Assembly: GCA_040756235.1 (NCBI GenBank)
Contig: JBFLZG010000084.1
Location: forward strand, 1 to 64,000
Source of the DNA: a bacterium
Lineage (GTDB): Bacteria > Desulfobacterota > DSWW01
Length of the DNA: 64,000 bases
Reading direction: 5' to 3'
Shown piece by piece: positions 1 to 8,605 of the stretch (the first letter of the stretch is position 1; each line of letters opens with the position of its first letter). The notes beneath the pieces are model-generated. The model was given only the letters and a program-made list of their open reading frames with translations. It searched no databases and was not told where the DNA came from. Position numbers and translations under genes: made by a program.

Positions 1-20
1 CCTCCCATGTTAAGGGGTTT

Positions 21-245
21 TTGCGAGCGCAGCGACCCAATCACCCTGGCCCTGGGGGTTGCTTCGGTCGCCTGCGGCTCCCTCGCAATGTCCGCAGCAT
101 TTCGTGTCTTCGCTCCGCCCGCTCGATGCGGCCTTGGCCGGGGATGACAGCACCTGGATCCCGCAAAGGGCGACGCATGCGTCGCCCCTGCGAGATGCGG
201 TCCCGGCCGGGCCCTGGTAGCGGGCGCAGCAAGCAGCGCCCCCTG
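21..245. repeat. Cluster of REP-like palindromic repeats
   Basis: GGGGCGACGCATGCGTCGCCCC palindrome (167-188); GGGCGCAGCAAGCAGCGCCCC (222-242), which recurs at 4881 and inverted at ~21207; GGTTGCTTCG...CTCGCAA unit also seen at ~31532. Confidence 0.7.
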
Positions 246-255
246 CACCTCCTCT

Positions 256-1386
256 TCACAGGCCCAGGCTCCGGGCCACCCGCTCGTAATGAAAATCCGC
301 GTCGCCGAAGGCCAGGCTGCCGGCCACGGTGCGGCGATGGTACAGGTGCAGGTCGTGCTCCATCGTGAAGCCGATGCCGGCAAAGATGCGGTGGCCCACC
401 GTGGTTGCCTTGCGGCCCATCTCCGCTGCCCGGACCTTGGCCATGCTGACCTCCTTGTCCGCCGGCTCCCCGGTCGACAGCTTCCAGGCGGCCTGGAGCA
501 CCAGGTTGCGGGTGCCGAGCAGCTCGACCCACATGTCGGCCAGGTAGTGCTGGATGGCCTGAAAGCTGCCGATGGGCCTGCCGAACTGGACCCTCTCCTT
601 GGCGTACGCCAGGGTCAAGTCCAGGGCCGCGCGCATGGCGCCCACGGTTTCGGCGGCGACCGCCACCGCGGCCCTGTCCAAGGCGGCCTTGACGATGGGC
701 CAGGCCCGATCCACCGGACCGATGACGCTGTCTCCGGCGACGCGGACCTTGTCGAAGGCGACTTCGCACGGATGGTCTTTGGAAATCGTCTTCAGCGGAG
801 TGACGGTTACTCCCGGGTGGGCCCTCGCGACCAGGAACAGGGTCAAGCCGGCCTCGGGGGCAGAGGCTTTTCCGGTCCGGGCCACGCACAACAAGAGATC
901 CGCCACCCCGGCATCGGGCACGAACAGCTTCACGCCGTCGATGACCCAGCCGTCGCCTTCACGCACGGCCTCGACCTTCAGGCTCGACGGTTCGTACCCG
1001 CCGTCGGCCTCGGTCAGCGCCAGGGTCAGGATGCACTCCCCGCTGACCGCCTTGGGCAGGATCTCCTGCTTCCGGGCTTCCGTGCCGGCCCTGAGGACGG
1101 GTATGCTTCCCACCAGGCTAGAGATGAACGGACCGGGACAGATGTTGTACCCCATCTCCTCCAGCAGCACGGCCATGTGCACGAAAGACCAGTCGGTGCC
1201 CCCATAGGCCTCGGGCAGGTGCAGGCCCATCCAGCCCAGCTCGGCCATCTTGCGCCACAGCTCCGGCGAGTAGGTTTCGCCCTTCTCCGCCAGGCGCCTG
1301 ACCAGTTCCTTGGGGCATGCCCTCCGGAGGAAGTCGGCAGCCGATCTCTGAAGGATTTTTTGTTCTTCATTCAGCTCGAAATCCAC
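256..1386 (-). CDS. Acyl-CoA dehydrogenase family protein, short FadE27/28-like partner subunit
   Basis: MDFELNEEQ N-terminus, ALTE, R.QFGRPIGSFQAIQH, GIGFTMEHD motifs; lacks the C-terminal GTSEI motif. Confidence 0.93.
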   Translation of the reverse strand: MDFELNEEQKILQRSAADFLRRACPKELVRRLAEKGETYSPELWRKMAELGWMGLHLPEAYGGTDWSFVHMAVLLEEMGYNICPGPFISSLVGSIPVLRAGTEARKQEILPKAVSGECILTLALTEADGGYEPSSLKVEAVREGDGWVIDGVKLFVPDAGVADLLLCVARTGKASAPEAGLTLFLVARAHPGVTVTPLKTISKDHPCEVAFDKVRVAGDSVIGPVDRAWPIVKAALDRAAVAVAAETVGAMRAALDLTLAYAKERVQFGRPIGSFQAIQHYLADMWVELLGTRNLVLQAAWKLSTGEPADKEVSMAKVRAAEMGRKATTVGHRIFAGIGFTMEHDLHLYHRRTVAGSLAFGDADFHYERVARSLGL

Positions 1387-1416
1387 GGCGCACCTCCCTT
1401 CGTTTCCGAGACACCC

Positions 1417-2616
1417 TCATCGCCCCCGGGGCAGTCCCAGCCCCCGGGTGGCGAGGATGGTCTTCTGTATTTCCGAGGTCCCGGCGCCGATCGGGCCGGA
1501 GATCGAGTCCAGATACCCCATGCCGACGCGGCCGCCGAAGGGGGCCCATTTGGACCCCTTGTCCAGCAGCCCGTAAGGCCCGAGAAGGTCCACGGCGGTG
1601 TTGGCGAGCTTGACGCTGAGCTCGGTGAAGACGAGCTTCAAGGCCGATGCCTCGAGCTCCGGGACCTGGCCGCGTTCCTGCATCCACGCCGCCTGCCAGA
1701 AGAAGGTGAGGAAGACTTCGATCTCGATGGCGATGGAGGCCAGCGCCTTCCTCACCCGGGGGTCTTCGGACAGGGGGCGGCCGTTGCGGACGGTCTCCTT
1801 TGCGTACCGGACGAGCTCGTCGAGCACCCGCCGGAAGCTCCCCGACCCGATCGACATCCTCTCGAACTGCAGGGCCAGCATGACGACGTAGAAGCCCTTG
1901 TTCACCTCGCCGACCACGTACTTTTTCGGCACCCGCACATCGTCGAAGAAGACCTCGTTGAACGAGTGATTGCCGCAGATGTTGATGATCGGGTTGATGG
2001 TCACGCCGGGGGTGTCGTTCGGGATGATCATCAGGGTCGCGGCCTTGTGCGGCGCCGCCTGCAGATCGGTCTTGACGATGGCCCAGCCGTAATCGGTCAC
2101 GTGGGCGCCGCTGCTCCAGATTTTCTGGCCGTTGACGATGAAGGCGTCCCCGTCGTCCACGGCAGTGGTCTTGAGGGAGACCAGATCCGACCCGGCGTTC
2201 GGTTCGCTGTAGGCCAGCCAGAAGCCGATCTCGCCGCTGGCGATCCGGGGCAGGAACTCCTTCTTGAGCTCCTCGCTGCCGGCCAGGATGAGGGTGGGGC
2301 CGACGATCGTCGTGGCCACCCCGCCTGCCGGGACCCGGTAGTAGGAGAACACGTCTCCGGCAATGGCCGCCTTCATGACCGAGCCCTGCCCGCCGTACTC
2401 TTTGGGCCAGCCCAGGCTCAACCATCCTCGCTCGCCGAGGATGCGGCCGAAGCGCCGGGTGATCTCCTGGAACTCGGCCTCCATCTGGGGCATGGTGCCG
2501 TAACTGCCCGGCCAGTACACGGCCCATTCGTCCCAGTCCGGAGGCAGCTCTCCCTTCACGAATTCCTCCACTTCCTTGCGGAACCTCCGTTCCTCCTCCG
2601 TGAATGCAAAGTCCAT
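1417..2616 (-). CDS. Acyl-CoA dehydrogenase family protein, FadE26/29-like subunit
   Basis: MDFAFTEEE start chosen; YSEPNAGSDL, NGQKIW, FNEVFFDDVRVP, LQFER, GAGTSEIQK motifs. Confidence 0.93.
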   Translation of the reverse strand: MDFAFTEEERRFRKEVEEFVKGELPPDWDEWAVYWPGSYGTMPQMEAEFQEITRRFGRILGERGWLSLGWPKEYGGQGSVMKAAIAGDVFSYYRVPAGGVATTIVGPTLILAGSEELKKEFLPRIASGEIGFWLAYSEPNAGSDLVSLKTTAVDDGDAFIVNGQKIWSSGAHVTDYGWAIVKTDLQAAPHKAATLMIIPNDTPGVTINPIINICGNHSFNEVFFDDVRVPKKYVVGEVNKGFYVVMLALQFERMSIGSGSFRRVLDELVRYAKETVRNGRPLSEDPRVRKALASIAIEIEVFLTFFWQAAWMQERGQVPELEASALKLVFTELSVKLANTAVDLLGPYGLLDKGSKWAPFGGRVGMGYLDSISGPIGAGTSEIQKTILATRGLGLPRGR

Positions 2617-2641
2617 TTCCGACCCCCATTTCCTTTGTGGA

Positions 2642-2887
2642 TCAACCATCCATGACGAATATCAGGTCGCCGTCTTTCAGGGTCGACTCGTTCTCAGGCA
2701 CGATCTCGACGACCTTGCCGGCAGCCGGCGACTTGATCTTCTGAAAGACCTTCATGGTTTCCAGCAGACCCAGGACCTGTTTCTTCTTGACCGTGTCTCC
2801 CACCTCGACGTAGGGCGGCTGGTCAGGGGCCGGCCTTCTGTAGAATACGCCGGACATGGGTGCCCGCACTTCCACTTTCTTGCTCAT
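2642..2887 (-). CDS. Biotin carboxyl carrier protein (stand-alone biotinyl domain)
   Basis: APMSGVFYRRPAP and LETMKVF biotinylation motif; 81 aa from MSKKVEV. Confidence 0.92.
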   Translation of the reverse strand: MSKKVEVRAPMSGVFYRRPAPDQPPYVEVGDTVKKKQVLGLLETMKVFQKIKSPAAGKVVEIVPENESTLKDGDLIFVMDG

Positions 2888-2983
2888 AGGCTGCGACCTC
2901 CTCAAACGTACACGTTCGAGCCTGCGGTTCCACACAAGCCATTCGTCGCCAGCGGCCAGGGGCGTCCATTGATGGATACCCGC

Positions 2984-3769
2984 CTACCTTCCCTTCCAAA
3001 CGGGTTCCCTCTTCTCCATGAACGCGGCAATCCCTTCCAGCAGGTCTTCGGTCTGGGTGTTGAGGGTCAGCTGCGCGTGCAGGTAGCCCAGAGCATCGTC
3101 CAGCGCCATGTCTGCGATCTGGTAGAAGGACGACTTGCCGAGGCCCATGACGGCCGGGCTGTAGGAAGACAGTTTGCCGGCCATGGCCGCGACCTTTTCC
3201 GCAAACCGGTCCTTGGGCACGCACGAGTTGATCATGCCGATACGCTCCGCCTCGGCCGCCGAGATGCGCTCGCCCGTCATGCACAGCTCCAGCGCCTTCT
3301 TGCGGCCCACGTTCCGGATGAGCACGGCCGTGACCATGTAGGGCCACAGGCCGCGCTTGATCTCCGGCAGGCCGAACTGCGCATCCTCGCTGGCGATGAC
3401 CACGTCGCCGGACAGGCAGAGGCCCATGCCGCCGGCCAGGCAGTACCCTTCGACCGCGGCCAGGATCGGCTTCCTGCACTTGTTCATCCTGACCAGCAGA
3501 TCGGCGAAGGTGCGGCGCTCCTGGTGCATCTCCAGGAACGATTTTTCCGCGCCGAAGCTTCCGCCCAGATCCGCGCCGGCACAGAAGTTGCCGCCGGCGC
3601 CGGTGAGCACGATCGCCGCTACGCCCGGGTCCGCCCCGGCCCGGTCGAAACAGCTGTACAGGCCGAGCATGACGTCCGCATTCAGTGCATTGCGCCGCTC
3701 CGGCCGGTTGATGGTGATGGTCGCCACCTTGTCTTTGACCGTGAAGAGGACCTGCTCAGGTTCCGGCAT
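2984..3769 (-). CDS. Enoyl-CoA hydratase/crotonase family protein
   Basis: TITINRPERRNAL, FCAGADL, CLAGG, FGLPE, EGIAAFMEKR motifs; start MPEPEQ after GGAG RBS. Confidence 0.92.
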   Translation of the reverse strand: MPEPEQVLFTVKDKVATITINRPERRNALNADVMLGLYSCFDRAGADPGVAAIVLTGAGGNFCAGADLGGSFGAEKSFLEMHQERRTFADLLVRMNKCRKPILAAVEGYCLAGGMGLCLSGDVVIASEDAQFGLPEIKRGLWPYMVTAVLIRNVGRKKALELCMTGERISAAEAERIGMINSCVPKDRFAEKVAAMAGKLSSYSPAVMGLGKSSFYQIADMALDDALGYLHAQLTLNTQTEDLLEGIAAFMEKREPVWKGR

Positions 3770-3806
3770 GGCCGTCTCTCCTTTGGCGCCGCGGCTGACC
3801 ACGCTT

Positions 3807-3912
3807 CCTTCTCCCCTCGCCGAGGGGAGAAGGTTAGGATGAGGGGTGCCTCCGTCCCTTGCTTCCCCCTCACCCCAGCCCTCTTCCCCGTTGACGGGGG
3901 AGAGGGAATTCA
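3807..3912. repeat. Composite REP-like repeat, copy 1 of a pair
   Basis: CCTTCTCCCCTCGCCGAGGGGAGAAGG hairpin plus CCCCCTCACCC...GAGGGAATTCA; closely similar copy at 4928-5032. Confidence 0.8.
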
Positions 3913-3929
3913 TGTCGCCGGCCGGTGCA

Positions 3930-4796
3930 TTACCGTTTGATCCCCAGGATCCGGCGGGCCTCCTCGGCCGTGGCGATCTCTCGGCCCACCTCGCGCGTGA
4001 TCCTGGCCAGGGCTTCGACCAATTCGCCGTTGCTCCTCGCCTTCTCGCCGTTGGGCAGGTAAAAGGTGTCTTCCAGGCCGGTGCGCACGTTGCCGCCTTC
4101 CTCCAGCGCCTTCCGCTGCAAGTCCCAGACTTCCTTCCGGCCGACACAGATCACCTGCCAGTGAGTTCCCGGAAGCATTTCATTTTTCAGGAGCGGAATC
4201 CACTCCGGCTTGGCGGGCTGACCGCTGGCCACGCCCATGACCAGGGAGATGTGCGGATCTCCCTCGAACATGCCCGCCTGCTTGTACAAGGCGACGCTGC
4301 GCACGATGCCCGAATCGAAGCATTCGAACTCCGGGACGACGTCGTTCGCCATCATCACGTCCAGAAAGGCCTGGACCTTTTCCACCGGATTGTCGAACGC
4401 CATGGGAGGCCAGGCCCAGGTGCCGTCGCTCTTGAGCTTGAGGTAGTTGATCGTTCCTGCGTTGCAGGCAGCCATCTCGGGCTTGACCGCCTTCAGGCAG
4501 GCCGCAGGTCCGGAGATGTCCGGCCCGACGACGCCGGTGCTCTGATTGATGATGATGCCCGGCACGCGCTCCCGGATGGCGTCGATAGTCGACTTGACCA
4601 CCTCCACGTCCCAGGTGGGCAGCATGCCCTTTCCGGGCCGCTGGTCCCTGAAATGACAGTGGACGATGGTGGCCCCCTGTTCCCAGGCCTGTCGGGCCGC
4701 ATCGGCCATCTCTTCCGGCGTGACCGGAAGGTTGGCCATGGACGGGTCCGTCAGGACGCCCGTCAAAGCGCATGTCAGAATGGCCTTGTCGCGCAT
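3930..4796 (-). CDS. Beta-keto acid cleavage enzyme (BKACE/DUF849, 3-keto-5-aminohexanoate cleavage family)
   Basis: ILTCALTG, PVTPEE, HCHFRD Zn motif, STG, GGNVRTGLEDT, ATAEEARRILG. Confidence 0.93.
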   Translation of the reverse strand: MRDKAILTCALTGVLTDPSMANLPVTPEEMADAARQAWEQGATIVHCHFRDQRPGKGMLPTWDVEVVKSTIDAIRERVPGIIINQSTGVVGPDISGPAACLKAVKPEMAACNAGTINYLKLKSDGTWAWPPMAFDNPVEKVQAFLDVMMANDVVPEFECFDSGIVRSVALYKQAGMFEGDPHISLVMGVASGQPAKPEWIPLLKNEMLPGTHWQVICVGRKEVWDLQRKALEEGGNVRTGLEDTFYLPNGEKARSNGELVEALARITREVGREIATAEEARRILGIKR

Positions 4797-4880
4797 GCGA
4801 TCCTCCTGTGCGGTTCTTTGGTTCTCTGTCTTCTCCTCAGCTTCCTCCACCTCACAAGAGGGGGCCGCCAGCGTCCGCAC

Positions 4881-5032
4881 GGGCGCAGCAAGCAGCGCCC
4901 CTACCAAGAGGGCGTTGGTCTTCGATCCCTTCTCCCCTCGCCGAGGGGAGAAGGTGAGGATGAGGCGTGCGTGTGCTCCTGTTTCCCCCTCACCCTGGCC
5001 CTCTCCCCCGCGGGCGGGGGCGAGGGAATTCA
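4881..5032. repeat. REP-like palindrome plus composite repeat copy 2
   Basis: GGGCGCAGCAAGCAGCGCCCCTAC at 4881; 4928-5032 matches 3807-3912. Confidence 0.8.
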
Positions 5033-5055
5033 GCGCTCGACACCCTCGGTTCGGC

Positions 5056-6612
5056 TCAGGTGGGCGCCGATCCGTGCATCTTTCTCCGCGCCGGAAGCCG
5101 TTCCTGCTTCTTCTCCAGGATCCTCAAGGCCTGGATGATCTTCCTGCGCGTGTCCCGGGGCAGGATGATCTCGTCCACCACCTGTGCCGTCCAGGAACGG
5201 GCCGCAGCAAAGGCGTCCGCCTTTTCCCGGGAAAACTTCCCGTAGGTGTCGGCTGCGTCCGGTTCGATACAGTCGTCCAGCACCTGCCGGTAGTCCAGGG
5301 TGGAAGCCTCGACGCCGAACCTCGCGATGGGCCAGGCATAGGTCAGGTCCGCACCCATGCCCTTCAAGGCGCTCATGATCAGGCTCCCGGCGTCTGCGTA
5401 CGCCTCGCGCAGGACCACGCCGATCTTGGGCACCGTGGTCGTCGCGTACACGTCCACGATCTTGCCGATGTGCCGGATCAGGCCCCGCGCCTCTTCCGAC
5501 TCGCCCGGCACCACCGGCGGCGTGTCGGTCAGGTTGACCAGCGGGATGTTGTACGCATCCAGGACCTGCAGGAAGCGATAATACTTGTCGCAGGTGTTCA
5601 CCTCCAGCGTGCTGCCGCCGTACTTGGGGTTGTTGGCCGCCAGGCCCACGACCCGGCCGTCGAAGCGGCAGAAGCAGCAGATCAGGTTCTTGGCGTACTC
5701 GTCCTTGATCTCGAAGTACTCGCCGTCATCCACCAGGAGCCGGATGACGGCGTGCATGTCGTAGGTCTGGTCGAATTCGTCCGGGACGAGCTGCTCCAGC
5801 TCCCGGACCTCGCGGTCCGGCGAGTCGGTCCGTTCCCACAGCGGAGGCTTCTCCCGGTAATTGGAAGGCAGGTAGCGCAGCATCTCCCGGCACTTGAGGA
5901 TGGTCTGCGCGTCGTCCTCCCCGACCACGTCGCAGGTTCCAGACTGCTGCATGTGGTAGTCCGCTCCGCCCACGCTGCGGTCGAACACTTCCGAGGTGGC
6001 CGCCTGGGTCTGGCGCGGACCGCCCAGCCACAGGTTGCCCGAGACGCGGCTCATGAAGAGAAAATCGCAGAGCGTGGGGAGGTAGGCCCCGCCCGCGATG
6101 CAGGGTCCCATGAGGACGGTGATCTGCGGGGCCACTCCGGAGTAGCGCGATTGGATCCGGAACTGCCAGTCGATCCCGGCCATGGGGACTTCGCGATAGC
6201 CCAGGCGGCCGCCCGAGGAATCCAGCAGGTGAACCATGGGAATGCCCCACTGGGCGGCCAGCTGGATGGACAGGGCCATCTTGATCAGGCTTTGAATGCC
6301 GCTCGACCCGCCGAGCACGGTGAAATCCGAGGCGTGGATCATCACCCGCCGGCCGTGGACCTCGGCCGTGCCGAGCACCACGCCGTCGCACGGCGCATCC
6401 GTCACCCGGCCGTCGATGCGCCATCCGGTGGTGTTCACGCAGGAGCCGAGCTCGTTGAAGGTGCCGGGGTCGATCAGGATGTCGATCCGCTCGCGGGCGA
6501 GCAGCTTGCCGCGCTCGTGCTGCCGGTCGATGTACTTCTGCCCGCCCCCGAGCCTGTTCTTCTCCTGGATCTCCCGGTACTTCTGTATGGCCTCTTCCAT
6601 GCGTTTGCCCAT
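5056..6612 (-). CDS. Acyl-CoA carboxylase carboxyltransferase subunit (paralog A)
   Basis: GKLLARERI, DFTVLGGS, DSSGGR, MGPCIAGGAY, ARFDG-like motifs. Confidence 0.92.
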   Translation of the reverse strand: MGKRMEEAIQKYREIQEKNRLGGGQKYIDRQHERGKLLARERIDILIDPGTFNELGSCVNTTGWRIDGRVTDAPCDGVVLGTAEVHGRRVMIHASDFTVLGGSSGIQSLIKMALSIQLAAQWGIPMVHLLDSSGGRLGYREVPMAGIDWQFRIQSRYSGVAPQITVLMGPCIAGGAYLPTLCDFLFMSRVSGNLWLGGPRQTQAATSEVFDRSVGGADYHMQQSGTCDVVGEDDAQTILKCREMLRYLPSNYREKPPLWERTDSPDREVRELEQLVPDEFDQTYDMHAVIRLLVDDGEYFEIKDEYAKNLICCFCRFDGRVVGLAANNPKYGGSTLEVNTCDKYYRFLQVLDAYNIPLVNLTDTPPVVPGESEEARGLIRHIGKIVDVYATTTVPKIGVVLREAYADAGSLIMSALKGMGADLTYAWPIARFGVEASTLDYRQVLDDCIEPDAADTYGKFSREKADAFAAARSWTAQVVDEIILPRDTRRKIIQALRILEKKQERLPARRKMHGSAPT

Positions 6613-6633
6613 GCTTCTCTCCTCCGGCTCGCG

Positions 6634-8184
6634 TCACGCCGGTTTGATGGAGCGTCTCTTGGCCGGAACCTCTTCGCGCTTGTTGGCAGACGCCCGCAAA
6701 GCCCGGATGATACGGGGCCGGGTGTCCCGGGGATCGATGGCTTCGTGCACGGTGTAGAAGTGCGTGAACCCTTTGCCCATGTTCATCACGCTGAACTGCT
6801 CCCTGAGGATGCTCAGATAGAAGTTGTACACCTCGTCGTAGTTGCCCTTTTCCCTGGCCTTGTCCAGCTCCTTGTGGAACACGGCCTGCACGATCGATTC
6901 CGGCCCGGTCGGGGCGAACTCGGTGGTGGGCCAGCCGTAGATGAAATCGGGCCCCATCTTGGAGCACCCCATGGTGATGTTCGACCCGCCGTAGGAGCGC
7001 CTGAGCACGATGGTCACCTTCGGGTTGGTCAGGTGCGAGTAGCCGTGGAGGTTCTTGGCCCCGTGGCGGATCACGCCCATCCGCTCCCACTTGTCGCCGG
7101 GCGGGTAGGCCGTGGTATCGGACAGGGTGACCAGCGGGATGTTGAAATTGTCCAGGAACATCATGAACCGGTCGTACTTGTCCGAGGAGTCGGGCTCCAT
7201 GATGCCGCTGAGCTCGTCGGGGTTGCTGGCCGCGATCCCCGCGGCAAAGCCGTCGAAGCGCGCGAATCCGACGACCAGGTTGGGGGCGAAGTCTTCCTTG
7301 ATCTCGAACAGCTCGCCGTGGTCCACGATGCGCTCGATGATCTCGTGAATGTCATAGGTGAACTTGGGGTCGTCCGGCATGACGTCGAGGAGCGACTCGT
7401 CGCGGCGCTCCGGATCGTCGGTCGGCTCGGAACGCGGGGGGGCTTCCCAGCAGCTCTGAGGCATGAACTCCAGCAGGCGCTTGGCCAGATCGATGGCCTC
7501 TTCGTCGCTCGCCGCCAGGAGGTCGACCTGGCCGCTCCGCTTCATGTGAAATTCGGCCCGGCCCGCATCCTCGGACTCGATCTCTCCCCCCATCCACAGG
7601 AAGCCGGTGTTCTGATTCATGATCAGGAAGTCGGACAGCACCGGGACCTGGGCCAGCGGTCCGGCACAGGGCCCGAGCACGAGGGCGATCTGCGGGATCA
7701 CCCCGGAGTAAAGACAATAGTTCCGTACGAGCCGCGCCAGGCCATGCAAGCCGACGAAGCCCCGGGTGAAGCCGACGCGGGTGCCGACCGAGTCGAACAA
7801 GCCGATGACGGGTACCTGCTCCTGGCCGGCCATTTCCACCAGCTCGGCGATCTTCCAGACGCCCTGGTCGCCCAGGGAACCGGACATGACCGTGAAGTCG
7901 GTCGCATAGACCATGACCTGCCGGCCGCCAACGGTCGCCGTGCCCATGACCACGCCGTCCGCGGGAGACGGCTTAGTGAGCTCTCCCAGCTGGGTGCGCA
8001 TGTCCCGGACCAGGGAGCCCATCTCCTGAAACGAGCCCGGGTCGGCCAGGTAGTCGATGCGCTCCCGGGCCGTCAGCTTCCCCAGCCCGTGCTGGAGGGC
8101 GATCCGTTCCTGACCTCCCCCGGCCATGTTCTCCCGCTCGTTGGCGGCGAGTTTTTTCAGGTAACCGTCCATCCATTTGCCCAT
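6634..8184 (-). CDS. Acyl-CoA carboxylase carboxyltransferase subunit (paralog B)
   Basis: GKLTARERI, DFTVMSGSLG, SGVIPQI, GFARFDG, RRSYGGS; start MGKWMD after GGAGG RBS. Confidence 0.92.
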   Translation of the reverse strand: MGKWMDGYLKKLAANERENMAGGGQERIALQHGLGKLTARERIDYLADPGSFQEMGSLVRDMRTQLGELTKPSPADGVVMGTATVGGRQVMVYATDFTVMSGSLGDQGVWKIAELVEMAGQEQVPVIGLFDSVGTRVGFTRGFVGLHGLARLVRNYCLYSGVIPQIALVLGPCAGPLAQVPVLSDFLIMNQNTGFLWMGGEIESEDAGRAEFHMKRSGQVDLLAASDEEAIDLAKRLLEFMPQSCWEAPPRSEPTDDPERRDESLLDVMPDDPKFTYDIHEIIERIVDHGELFEIKEDFAPNLVVGFARFDGFAAGIAASNPDELSGIMEPDSSDKYDRFMMFLDNFNIPLVTLSDTTAYPPGDKWERMGVIRHGAKNLHGYSHLTNPKVTIVLRRSYGGSNITMGCSKMGPDFIYGWPTTEFAPTGPESIVQAVFHKELDKAREKGNYDEVYNFYLSILREQFSVMNMGKGFTHFYTVHEAIDPRDTRPRIIRALRASANKREEVPAKRRSIKPA

Positions 8185-8383
8185 GGAAGGCACACCTCCT
8201 CGATCAAATGATGAAACAACTTCCGACACCTTCTAGCCGACTCTGCTTCATTCTGTTTGGGCCCGCATGAGGTTATTTCCTAAGGAAGCGCGGGAATCCT
8301 CTGCCTCGGGAGGTCCCTCGCTGCGCTCGGGACGGCGGCTCACGGCGCCTCGGCGGCCTTGAGGATGGCCCCTCTGCCTTACC

Positions 8384-8399
8384 AGCAACGCACGTGCCA
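8384..8399 (-). promoter_or_regulatory. Sigma-54 (-24/-12) promoter of the carboxyltransferase operon
   Basis: Minus strand reads TGGCACGTGCGTTGCT = TGGCAC-N5-TTGC consensus, ~200 nt upstream of the first gene and next to a divergent sigma-54 activator. Confidence 0.85.
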
Positions 8400-8605
8400 G
8401 ATCCATTGAGATGCTAAGTGTTTAGATCTGAAGTTTTTTTGGAAGGTGATCGGTCGAGTCTATGTGCGAGTTTGCCGCAATGCAGGCAGTCTTGTCGGTA
8501 TTCCGGCAATTTCTTTTTGACCAGCCGGCGGTTTGTGGTACGGTGAGTACGTCGTATCGCCGATTCTTGCGCGAACCCCAAGCCCGGACAAAGGAGGTCA
8601 GAGCC

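Noticed and set aside
289..8211. Long plus-strand ORFs (289-2655, 2576-3940, 3846-5138, 4666-8211)
   Set aside because: Antisense shadows of well-supported minus-strand genes in GC-rich DNA; no motifs
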